Below the pieces are notes generated by a model. That model saw nothing but the letters and a program-made list of their open reading frames with translations, was not told the origin of the DNA and ran no database searches. From positions 158,968,001-159,032,000 of the forward strand of contig NC_043000.1 of the NCBI RefSeq assembly GCF_006345805.1: a DNA stretch of 64,000 bases. Direction: 5' to 3'. Positions within the stretch are counted from its first letter, which is position 1. The number at the start of each line of letters is the position of its first letter. A program made the position numbers and the translations under genes. Source of the stretch: Octopus sinensis (lineage: Eukaryota). This document shows positions 51,153 to 62,860 of this stretch, in pieces.

Positions 51153-52103
51153 CACACGCCGCAGATTATTTTTATATACTTCATCCACAATATGATTTTG
51201 ATTTTGATTTTTCCAGTTTCAGCTCATGAGCTGTGGCCATGCTGGGGCACCGCCATTTTTAAAATAGTGTGTAAAATATAGAGTTATTTAATGAAGAATA
51301 AAACAATACCACATAAATATGTTTGATTGTCTGAACACTGAATCAGATATTTACATCATAGTCTCTTGATTAACACTTTTCTTTCCCACTTTTCTTTTTG
51401 AGGTCATAAAGCATGGACTGAGTGAAATTTACCTGCGCTTTTTAACAAGTCGAGCGACATTGATGAGGTTGTCTGTATAGATCATTAACGTACAAGCCTC
51501 ATACTCATGCATACTTCATGCCTCTTTCAACGTTTAGCTTTCTGGCTTGTAACAAAAATCAGTATGATAACTTTGACTACATCACATAAATGAAAGCAAA
51601 TATTTAAAACGATTCAGAAATATTCCAAGTATAGTATGGAAGTTTATTTAGAGGAATCCGAAATTGCAACATCTTTGACTTTCCCATAGGCATTAGTGAC
51701 GTGACTGTAGCAAAACTTGCTTCTACCGAGAATCAAAGACAAATAACAAAATCGATACGCTAGAGCAATCACAATAATGATTACTTGCATTGACATAAAG
51801 GTGCAAGATTGTTGAGAAAGTTTATCTTCAATTGAATAGATCCCGGTAAATGTTAGATATTTATTTTATCTGGTCCGGAAGTATGAGAGGCAAACATTAA
51901 CGTTTCTAGAGTTTACTTTCAGAAAATGAACACAGAAGCACGGATTAAATAGTGTAAATAGTGTGGAAGCTTTATCTAGCGCCGTATTGCTTCTACCACA
52001 CCCAATCGTTTAATACGAAATAACATGCGTGTGTGTGTATGTTTGTGCGTGTGTGTGTGTGTGTATGCCTCTGTGTTTTAGCATGTGCTTGTGTGTGTGC
52101 ATA

Positions 52104-52156
<53 letters not shown>

Positions 52157-52235
52157 GGAGAGAGAAAGAGAGAGATTGATACACCCACACACCCACACAC
52201 CCACACACAGACACACAGACACACACCCACACACA

Positions 52236-52290
<55 letters not shown>

Positions 52291-52313
52291 TATATATATA
52301 TATATATGCACAA

Positions 52314-52346
<33 letters not shown>

Positions 52347-52877
52347 TGTATATACAATTAAGTGTATATACGCTAGAAATGTTTTCTATGCTGTTTATAT
52401 ATAATCATATATATGATTTTACCGTAATCGGTCTATTTTTTTTATATGCCGGCCACTGATAAGATTTTTAAAAATTAATTCTATTCTTTATTACTATGTA
52501 TATGTGTGTGTGTGTGTGTGAAAACATGTATATACTTATATTCATACGCATATATATATATATATATATATATGTGTGTATCATATATATATATATATGT
52601 GTGTGTGTCTATAAATATGTGTGTGTATGTATATCTATTCATCTCTCTCTCTCTGCATATATATACATACATACATGCATGGACGTATACATGCATACAT
52701 ACATATATGCATATATACATACATACATATGAAATGCAATGAACAATAATGCTAATAGACACATTAAATACAAGTTTTAGTAAATACCGTATAAGCTTAA
52801 TGCTCATAAAGAAAGAAAAAGAGCTGTAACTTTTTTCACGGTAAGTTCCCTAGCAGAAGTATGAGAAAACATACAGG

Positions 52878-52912
<35 letters not shown>

Positions 52913-53883
52913 GGGGGTAGAGAGAGAGAGAGAAGGAATATTTGGATGAAAGAAAACAAACAAATGTGGAGTAAGGCGGCTGATGAAGCATAGATCTATA
53001 ATGTGCGTTATGGAAAGACTAGGATTGTAGGCATGAGCACTTGTAGGAGTGTATGGTTGTTTATAGAAAAGCATACGGAAATGAAGATTTTTGGAGTTTG
53101 TATGCTTATGTGCGAGTCGAAATCGTGCAAGAGAGGAGCTGAGAATAGGTGCAAATCGGGGGTAAAACGTAAAGCAAGAGGAATATGGAGGACACAATAG
53201 TTTGTTGGCAAATGTATGGATGTCAGACGCTGTTACATGGAATGTAGACATCAACAAAAGAACTGAAGATGAGATTAAAGAAGAAAAATAGTTGAGTTCT
53301 GTAGGGAAGGTAAGTCAGTCAAAAATCCATGGAACCATTTCGCAAATTTCAAGAAGTTTACACAATTAGTGAAAATTTAGAGAATTTGGAAGTAGTGTCC
53401 GGAGTATTGTGAGGATGAGGTAAATTAAAATTAGTTTGGCGAGACACAATGAAAGGAAAGAAGAAGGCGATGTCGGTGTGGGCGTGTATCGGAAAGAAAA
53501 ACAACTGATATAACCATGGAATAAGAATGTCCATTTTAAATACTAATCCGAATATTAGTATCTTCAGGCACAACATAAACCAGTAAATATCAACAGAGCC
53601 AAACTGAATAGCCCGACGTGTTTTTTTTTCTAATCCTCTCACCTACGTTTCGCCTACTTACATTTTCTCATCTTTCTACTCATTTTTTATTCACATTCAT
53701 GAAATCACTACAATATAGCTTATCATAAGTACGCGCTTAGTAGAATTCAATGCTTCTAAACATTCTCATTCTCATAACCAACTCACCACACTTCATTTTC
53801 AGGTATTATCCAGTGAATATTTCCGATACACCTGCACTTACTACTCTTCTCACATTTACACACCTCTATCTTATATTATTTTC

Positions 53884-54643
53884 TGTACTAGGTACAAGGC
53901 CTGAAATTTTGGGGGAGGGGGGGCCAGTCGATTAGAACGACCCCAGTGCGCAACTGGTACTTAATTAATCGACCCCGAATGATGAAAGGCAAAGTCGATC
54001 TCAGCGGAATTTGAATTCAGAACGTAAAGACAGACGAAATACCTATTTCTTTACTACCCACAAGGGGTTAAACACAGAGAGGACAAAGAAGGATAGGCAA
54101 ACGGATTAAGTCGATTATATCGACCCCAGTACTCAAAAAGTACTTAATTTATCGACCCCAAAAGGATGAAAGGCAAAGTCGACCTCAGCGGAATTTGAAT
54201 TCAGAACGTAAAGACAGACAAAATACCTATTTCTTTACTACCCACAAGGGGCTAAACACAGAGGAGACAAACAAGGACAGACATAGGTATTAAGTCGATA
54301 ATATCGACCCCAGTGCGTAACTGGTACTTAATTTATCGAACACGAAAGGATGAAAGGCAAAGTCGACCTCGGTGGAATTTGAACTCAGAACGTAACGGCA
54401 GACGAAATATCTATTTCTTTACTACCCACAAGGGGTTAAACACAAAGGGGAAAAACAAGGATAGACAAACGGATTAAGTCGATTATATCGATCTCTAGTG
54501 CGTAACTGGTACTTATTTAATCGACCCCGAAAGGATGAAAGGCAAAGTTGACCTCGGCGCGATTTGAACTCAGAACGTAACGGCAGACGAAATACCGCTA
54601 AGCATTTCGCCCGGCGTGCTCACGTTTCTGCCAGCTCGCTGCC
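53884..54643 (-). mobile_element. SINE family A multimer: head, three 184-185 bp units and a terminal partial unit
   Basis: Unit marker (acgaaatac or 1-nt variants) at 54587, 54402, 54218 and 54034. Confidence 0.88.
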
Positions 54644-56429
54644 TTTCACCTCTATCTTATATTCATCACACACATTCACATTACCGTAACACATTTTACC
54701 ATAACTGACAACTCAATAAAACTTGTTGATTTACTTATTTAATGTATTTACTTTTAAACAAATCAAATCACTAAATATCTTAATTTGAAGTTGAACTATT
54801 TTCCAATGACCTTTCCCACTACTTCGCACATCAACACCTATATTTCTGACCAGAACACCCACTACTGCTGCTTATATTATACCACACCACATACTGCTAC
54901 AGGTATTACTTACCCTTAGCATCTACACATATAACTGCAAAACTCCATCAAATCATTCCGTCACAGCACAATATGATTTTCTATGGATGATAATACTTTC
55001 TGCACTTTAGGATTGTCTTTCACTTATATCTTAAAAAGGAATACTAAAATATAATAGGGGTTTTAAGCAACTTATCTAAGGTAATAGAATACCTTTCTTT
55101 TGCCTTCATTTATTAGCATAACCCAACATATACGAGCTTACTAGTAACCTGCATTGCTTGTTTATATTTATACAACGAGCGGTTTTTGGAGTGGATTATC
55201 AAGATGTTGGTGAATGACGCCAATTCCAACACTGTTTCAAGAAATACTAAATTTAGAAAGTGGAAAGATAGAAATATTATAGCGGCGGGGAAAATATTGC
55301 TCAATATTTAGAACTGCCGCTTAATATTTTGGGTATCAGAACTCACACGAGTATAGGAGTTATTTACCGTGCTTGTTTGAATCTACAATACTCCACTTTA
55401 AATATATGAGGAATACGTAGGCTTCACACCATATAAATTTTGTGGAGTAATGCCTTTTAAGATTGAAAGCTTTATAGCAAGATGATATACACATGATCTG
55501 TGTTGGTTGAATAAATTGATATATTTTTAGAAGGTAAACCTTTCCATGGAGTTCTCAGTTAATATAAAAACAATGAAATAATATTATTGAAGTTATCACA
55601 CTAATAAAGATGCTTGATTCTCTTATTTGATCCTTATATGTGAAATTACGCTATAGTTTACATAAAGTGCATATGTCCTTGTAACAAGTAGCGTGGGGGA
55701 AATTGGAAGTGGCAAGAATAATACTGATTCATGCTGTGAAATATTTGTATTTAGACGAAAACACCCCAGTTGACCGGTGATAAAATTACGACTGATTTCG
55801 TGTTGTAAATTAAAATGACCGCGTCAATTTTGGCATGATGGTTTGGGAAGTAAGCCAAATACTGTTGGTGCCTTTTACTTGTTTATTCCATGCGTACATA
55901 AATGTGTAAATTATGGGGAAAAAGAATGCGTGTATGTGAAGGAGAATGGTAACTTCAATATCCGACAGTATTTTTGGCAACTTTCTAATTCAGTACACAC
56001 ACACAGACACACACACACACACACCACACACACAGAAAGACACACACACACACATATACAGACACACACACACACATTCTCACACACATGCAAATATTAC
56101 GTACATGCACGCTCACAGATTCATGTGAACATACCAAACGAAACACGGAATGACATATCAGTAACAATACTTATTAACTTGTAAACACTGATTCACATGG
56201 GGACGTGTGTAACGCGTGTGTGTGTCTATGTCTATGTATATATGTGTGTGTTGTATGTATGAATGTACGTATGTGTGTGTATGTGTTTGTGTGTGTGCGT
56301 ATCTTTATAAATGTTGCGGTTGGGCTAAATGAGCTTTACGTGAAGCAATGTCTAAAAGACTTCCTGAAAGATATTATCAACAGTGATTCTCACATGCGAA
56401 ACATCTAATATTTGCTTATTGGTATAAGA

Positions 56430-56838
56430 AGCGTATATTTGAAAGAAAATCAATGGTCAAAGTTTCCAGAGATGAATTGAATGGGTAGCGTGACAGGCTA
56501 ACTTTCTGACAAATTTTCTTGCCCCACAAGTAGCAAATCACGAAGAAAAATACAGGTTTAAGCAATTTTTTTATGCTGGGCAGGTCACATCCAGCGTGGG
56601 TAGGAGCAGGAGAACTAGCCATGATGGGAGGTGGATTTAGGGAAGAAACTATGGACCAGGTCACGTAGGGTGAGGGCTCGTTTCAAGGAGTGAAGGGGTA
56701 GGTTAGAGAAGATGTGCGAAGTGGAGGGGTCGGAATGGAGTCGCCGGAAGGCTCGGAGAATAGTGTGTTGGAGGGGAAGGGTAAAGGAGCGGTAAGTGAG
56801 GGGAAACGGGAGACGGGTAACGGCGGAGCGAGAGCGGT

Positions 56839-56871
<33 letters not shown>

Positions 56872-57860
56872 CATATGCACGGTCCACGGAACATGCTCTG
56901 GCAAGGGCGGTTTGGATAGTGGTGAGGAGATATTCACGAAGGATGAAGTGGCGAGTCATGATTTGAGACTGAGTCTCAAAATCGTGGTTGTCACTGCAGA
57001 GCCTGCGCAGACGGAGGAATTGAGAGTAGGGGATGGAGAGCTTGGTGCAGGTGGGGTGGGAGGAGGAGTAGTTGAGATATGTGTGTGAGTAGGTGTGTTT
57101 GTAGTGGATGGAAGTGTCGGAAATGGTGCAGGTGGGTTCAAGAGCATGATGGAAGAATTGTACAAAAGAGAGGAAGGAGTCTCGTTGTTCGCGGGGGAGC
57201 GAGGTCGCAACGATACACTCATCGATATAATGACCTTATAGTTCGGCAGTGTGACGAGTGAATCGTGAAAATATTTGGGGTCCAACGTAGCTAATAAATA
57301 GTTTGGCAGGGTTGGGGCCCAGTCTCGTTCCCATGGCCACTCCCGAGACTGTTAGTAACATTCCCATGTGAACGAGAAGCAGTTGAGGTAGAGAACAATT
57401 TCGGCCAGAAGACGATGCGTGTATGTGTCAGATTAGGGGTTAGGTCGGAAGTCTAGGAATTGTTTGAGAGTAAGAAGTCCTTCGTTGTGTGGGATCGCTG
57501 TATATAGACTCTTGATATCAATAGTGAAGAGAAGTTTAGAGGTTACCAGAAGGGAAGGAGAAAGAGTTGAAAAGACGGAGAGCATGATTAGTGTCGTGGA
57601 TGTGGGATAGAAGAGGAGCCAGTAGGGGGACAAAGAAATAGTTGAGGTATTTTGAGATCAGTTCCGTGGGGTGGAAACGATGGGGAGGCCAGGGTTGTTG
57701 AACTTGTGGATTTTGGGAAGGAAGTAAATGTTGGGGGTGCGTGGAGTGCGAACAATGAGGTTGGAGGCGGTGGGATTTAGACGAGAGCAGGGGAGGTCAT
57801 GCATAATGGACGACACAGTCTGTTGGATTTGGAGGGCAGAGGGCAATAAAATAAGGTGTT
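56430..57860 (-). mobile_element. second decayed copy of the PLE family at 30-31 kb
   Basis: PNIYFLPKIHK, IDIKSLYTAIPHNEGL, VAMGTRLGP; nucleotide similarity to 30400-31290. Confidence 0.85.
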
Positions 57861-58037
57861 CTGAAGTTGGTGGATAGCTTCATCCTTGTAAAGGTCTGCG
57901 CCGTAAGAATCCACACGGTGTAAGGTGATGAATATTTCAGAAATGGCATATTATGTGTCGAGTCCAGCTGAAGAGGTTAAGTAGCTTTTAGATACACAAA
58001 GCGAAATCTATAGATTCTGGAATATACACATCTTTAC

Positions 58038-58103
58038 CTACTCTTTTACTCTTTTACTTGTTTCAGTCATTTGACTGTGGCCATGCTGGAGCACCGCCTT
58101 TAA
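58038..58103 (-). mobile_element. SINE family B 3' tail
   Basis: aaaggcggtgctccagcatggccacagtcaaatgactgaaacaagtaaaagagtaaaagagt on the minus strand. Confidence 0.75.
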
Positions 58104-58114
58104 ATTCAAGATGC

Positions 58115-58186
58115 CTCCCCGGCGGGGAATCGGACCCCGGTCTCCCGCGTGACAGGCGGGGATACTTACCACTATACTACGCCTGT
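58115..58186 (-). pseudogene. tRNA-Asp(GTC) pseudogene
   Basis: 58179-58115 reads TAGTATAGTGGTAAGTATCCCCGCCTGTCACGCGGGAGACCGGGGTCCGATTCCCCGCCGGGGAG, nearly the metazoan tRNA-Asp. The 5' acceptor strand (ACAGGCG) cannot pair and the T loop is TCCGA. Confidence 0.85.
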
Positions 58187-58398
58187 CTCTATTATGTTTA
58201 TTGCATCCATCGTGTGTATTTGTATAGTGAGCAAATTGTAGTTTCGAGCGACAGCTCTGTTCATAGCTTCATAGCAAGTGGTATTTCAATACCCTTCTGC
58301 ATTTTATTTATATTTTCCCTATAAATGTCTAATCTTGGTAGCCACTTTATTATTAACAGTATTTTAAATAATGTTAGTAATACTTATTCGATTTAAAT

Positions 58399-58434
<36 letters not shown>

Positions 58435-58436
<2 letters not shown>

Positions 58437-58770
58437 CAGTTCTATATTTAAGAAATGAGAAATTATGTACTTTATTTACATTATTTATATTTGACGGATA
58501 TTTGTCCATGACGTAGTGGTTAAGAGCGTGGGATACTAACCCCAAGATTCTGAGATCGATTCCAGGTTGTGACATGAATAATAATAATAACAATAATAAT
58601 GATTATAATAATGATAATAATAATTACATCAAAATATACCTTAGGAATGTGAAACCAGGTTCGATATTCCTCAAGACACCTGATGAAGTCTGCCGGGTAT
58701 ATCAGCCAGCCGAAACGTTGTGTTAACAACTAACAAGATGAAGACAAATATCCGTCAAATGTAAATAATT
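58435..58770 (+). mobile_element. composite short element: inverted 3' end, tRNA-like head, (AAT)n, hammerhead motif
   Basis: 58480-58506 is inverted to 58744-58770 (26 of 27); A/B-box-like head at 58509-58573; microsatellites on both sides. Confidence 0.7.
58675..58724 (+). ncRNA. minimal type I hammerhead motif
   Basis: GACAC-CTGATGA-A-GTCTG...CAGCC-GAA-ACGT-T-GTGTT: 5-bp helix I, canonical core, helix II 4 of 5 pairs, ACGT palindromic helix III, GUU site at 58719. Confidence 0.6.
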
Positions 58771-58786
58771 TGGGTGTGTGTGTATG

Positions 58787-58824
<38 letters not shown>

Positions 58825-58826
<2 letters not shown>

Positions 58827-59107
58827 AATGCTTCGTGAAAGGTGTTAATAAGCCATCTTAAAACACACGAAAAACCGTTACATTCACTACAACATTTGAA
58901 TTTAATTTGTCAAAATATTTTCGCCGCTTTGAAACCGCGACCTGTTCTCTGACAAACTTCCGTGCTCGCGCTGCATGGAATTTTGTCAGTGAGAAGGTCG
59001 CGGTCCCAAAGCAACGAAAATATTTTGGCAAATTAAATTTAAAAGTTAAAGTAAATCTAACGGGGATTTTTGTGTTTTTAAATGGCTCATAAACACCATC
59101 CACGCTG
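58825..59107. mobile_element. fully palindromic MITE, probably Tc1/mariner type
   Basis: 58841-59097 folds back on itself along its whole length; CA...TG termini flanked by TA at 58823-58824 and 59108-59109. Confidence 0.75.
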
Positions 59108-59281
59108 TAATTGTATTTGTTTCAACACATGATCTGAGATCATGTCACTTACTATGGAAGTACATCTCCGTAATATTCATATATACACATGTATATATAT
59201 GTATATATATATATGTAATATATATTTGTATATATATGCATATATCTATATATGTATATATACATATATATACATATATAT

Positions 59282-59360
<79 letters not shown>

Positions 59361-59763
59361 TACATACATTTATACACACACACACATATGTATACTCGAA
59401 ATATGTTGGCTAAGCAATAAGGTTTACGTCGACATTCTTGACATTCTAGTGCATGTGTAAATAAATATCCACATTTTTGTAAGCAAATTGAATACCCTTT
59501 GCCTGATTAAAAATCTCACAGTTATTTCTAATTTCGTATTCAGCTTACTGAAACTTGTTATTTATCCACTCAGTTTTGCATAACCTTGATCAACACTTTT
59601 ATTTCTCCTCTCAAAAGTACATTAGATGACGTCACAGAACCCATGATTTTTACGCCGTTAAACATTAATGGACCATTATGTATATATAACCGCATCTAAA
59701 TCGCAGGATCTACATAATTTCACGTTTCTTAAATCTATTATTCTAATTATCGTTCCTTGCGTT

Positions 59764-59807
<44 letters not shown>

Positions 59808-59823
59808 TATATATATTTATTTA

Positions 59824-60000
59824 TTTTATAGAAGGAGCTTCTACAGGACTACAGGTCGCGGTTTCAAAGCTTCCTGAAGATTTCATCTGAATGAAACAGT
59901 TCTAGTCCTGTAGAAGCTCCTTCTATGAAATATATTACTTTACTCTGCTATGTATTGAGTACCTTATTTACTGTGGTTAACCCCGACTCTACCCGGGACC

Positions 60001-60003
<3 letters not shown>
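59824..60003 (+). repeat. pLTR-like fragment with an inverted 5' piece
   Basis: 59828-59851 is the exact reverse complement of 59903-59926; the fragment ends at (TA)n. Confidence 0.7.
59868..59918 (+). ncRNA. type I hammerhead motif
   Basis: AGCTTC-CTGAAGA-TTTC(ATCT)GAAT-GAA-ACAG(TTCTAGTC)CTGT-A-GAAGCT: 6-bp helix I, 4-bp helix III, GUA site at 59912; U.U at the base of helix II. Confidence 0.68.
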
Positions 60004-60058
<55 letters not shown>

Positions 60059-60060
60059 CG

Positions 60061-60091
<31 letters not shown>

Positions 60092-60100
60092 ATATATATA

Positions 60101-60156
<56 letters not shown>

Positions 60157-60461
60157 GTTTTACAATTTTTCTTCTTGAATTGTTAGAAGTTGCCCGCCTT
60201 CTCTTTTTCGTTTTTTGATATGCATATATATATGTATATGAATGTGTGAAAGATTATACATACACATGCATATACACACATATATAGGGAGAAATTACGA
60301 CAAGCACCACTGCAATGATGAAAGGTATGTAAGAATTAAACATTCAAACTGATATTTACATTAGTTTCTCCACTGCATATGAATATTATAGTTAGTAACT
60401 AAGTACTGTGGTCGACAAACAACTAATATATATATATATATATGTGTGTATGTGTGTGTGT

Positions 60462-60549
<88 letters not shown>

Positions 60550-61311
60550 TCCTTCATTTACAAGGTTGATTTCTCAGTCCTTCAAACTATATGTCATTTC
60601 TTCTTACCTACTATATCAACATGTGCTGTTAATATTCTGATGTGCTCAGAACGGCCATTTCTAATCTGTTCAGAAGGATAATTGTCAAGAAGCATATTCT
60701 TGTTGGAAATGATGCTCTTTGTGATTTCGCTTCAATTTTACGCAGTTATAATGCATTCGCAATTTGTTTTCATATGAACGATGACTCTGTTGTCAGTGTT
60801 TGCCATTTCGTAATAGGATGCTCAGACATAAAATACAGAGTATCCTCATGTGGTCACTTTTTAATGGGATTAAGATGTATTCGCTCTGCTGCATGTGACG
60901 TGTAAACTTATACTTTCTTCCCCAACTTTGTAGTAGTGCCTTATCGACAAAGAGGTGTAGAGTATTGGCATTAGTCTTCCATCATCAGTCCGTTTTTCTT
61001 GCCAGCTTTCGAACTCCGTATTTTCCCTGTAAGTATCCAGTACTTAGTAAGAGTCCTGCTTTGTTGTTGATTCAATCATAATACGTTGTATATATTTCAA
61101 TAATGTGAGAGTGAATCCCTCCGCCGATTTCAGAAATCAGTATTGTTCTTTTTTTTTATTTCGATCTGAGTCTTTCCGTTTCTCTGTTGGGGATATATTG
61201 CTCTCTAATTCAGCTCCGAGTCTCTTTAGGTTCGATAACAAAGTCATGGCCCCCCAACAATTTTCTCGGTGTCAAAGCGTTCTTCGAAATTGCATTATTA
61301 CCCCTTTTGAA

Positions 61312-61708
61312 GGTGGTGAGCTGGTAAAGTCATTAGCACGCCGGGCGAAATGCTTAGCGGTATTTCGTCTGCCGTTACGTTCTGAGTTCAAATTCATCCG
61401 AGGTCGACTTTGCCTTTCATCCTTTCGGGGTCAATAAATTAAGTACCAGTTACGCACTGGGGTCGATATAATCGACTTAATCCGTCTGTCTATCCTTCTT
61501 TGTCCCCTCTGTGTTTAGCCCCTTGTGGGTAGTAAAGAAATAGGTATTTCGTCTGCCGCTACGTTCTGAGTTCAAATTCCGCCGAGGTCAACTTTGCCTT
61601 TCATCCTTTCGGGGTCGATAAACTAAGTACCTTTTGAGTACTGGGGTCGATCTAATCGACTGGCCCCTTCCCTAAATTACAGGCCTTCTTTCTATAGTAG
61701 AAAGGATT
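61312..61708 (+). mobile_element. SINE family A: head, one 184-bp unit and a terminal partial unit
   Basis: gtatttcgt at 61360 and 61544. Confidence 0.85.
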
Positions 61709-62599
61709 GTTTTACCCCTATTGATATGTGGTAGGTTTTGTCACTCCCATGCATTATATGATCCGAGCCACTTTCAGTATCTCTCTTTGCATAGGTTAGC
61801 ATGATACACTTGATGCTGAATTGACGATTGATGAATAAAATATTTGGTGTAAATTTTTTATAACAGTGGTTCTGTCAGGATACTATTCTTAAATCGTGGG
61901 TTGTTACTTAAACTAAAACCATTGCCGATGCGTTTTCACAGAGCTATTTTATGAATAACCTTGCATCGTTTCTAAGTAATCCAATTATGAAATTGGAGTC
62001 ACCAATGTCATGAATTTATCTTCTCCTCTGTTGGGCACTATTGAATTGCTTTGATCATAATTCAGCCGGGGATGACCGCGCGTGGTTACATAACTAGAAC
62101 AACATGCATGAACTCAATGGATTGGAAGTACTCTATATTGAACTTTTTTCTACTCCAGATTTATTTCCCTCTAGATTATTGATGATATTCCGGCTCCGTT
62201 GAAGAGAAATCCATATTTTTGAGACGATGTAGTTTGGTAGGTGTTTGCAATGCTATATTGGTAGAGTAGGCATTTATCCAGTAGGGCGAAATTCTGCTGA
62301 GAAAAAATTATCTAATCAGCATGAAGGTGTCGAGCTTAGACAAGAGCTACCATTAGCTGCAAAATTGGATATTCCACGAGGCATTCGATCGGATACCGTA
62401 TGTAGACGAGGACAACGAAAACCATATAATATTCTTATCCGCAAGCCGTACGATTTTTGGCGTGAATCATAAATTCCAGGCTGCTCTTAATCACCGATAG
62501 TAACCATAAAATTCTACCTGAATTACAATCCAAACGTCATATGAATGATATAACGATAATACGAACTTCAGACACAGAAATATTAAGAAGAGAATGCAT

Positions 62600-62860
62600 T
62601 ACAGAATTTTTACGTCGAGTTGAAGAAGGCCTTGGACGCTGTAAACCATGCTAGGCAGCGAAAATTAGTGCAACTACAAAGCTCGTTAAGCTAATGAAAC
62701 TGCTAGATAATGGGGCAAGTATTTTCATTCTGCAAAAGCAGGTAGGCCTGTATCGTTTCGAAGCAACCAACTGATTTTAAAAGTGATATGCCTTAGAAAC
62801 AGATTTTCTGTCTGTTATCTCTGTCACATACTTGAAGATACCATCAGGAGTTCCTAGATA
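62600..62860 (+). pseudogene. possible decayed LINE RT trace
   Basis: FYVELKKALDAVNH resembles F.DLKKAFD.V.H; a GVP motif follows downstream. Confidence 0.3.

Noticed and set aside
52975-53035. CTGATGAAG...GAAAG string
   Set aside because: No consistent helix III or helix I.
53884-54643. CRISPR-like appearance of the regularly spaced palindromic repeats
   Set aside because: The whole 184-bp unit repeats, there are no unique spacers or cas genes, and the context is eukaryotic.
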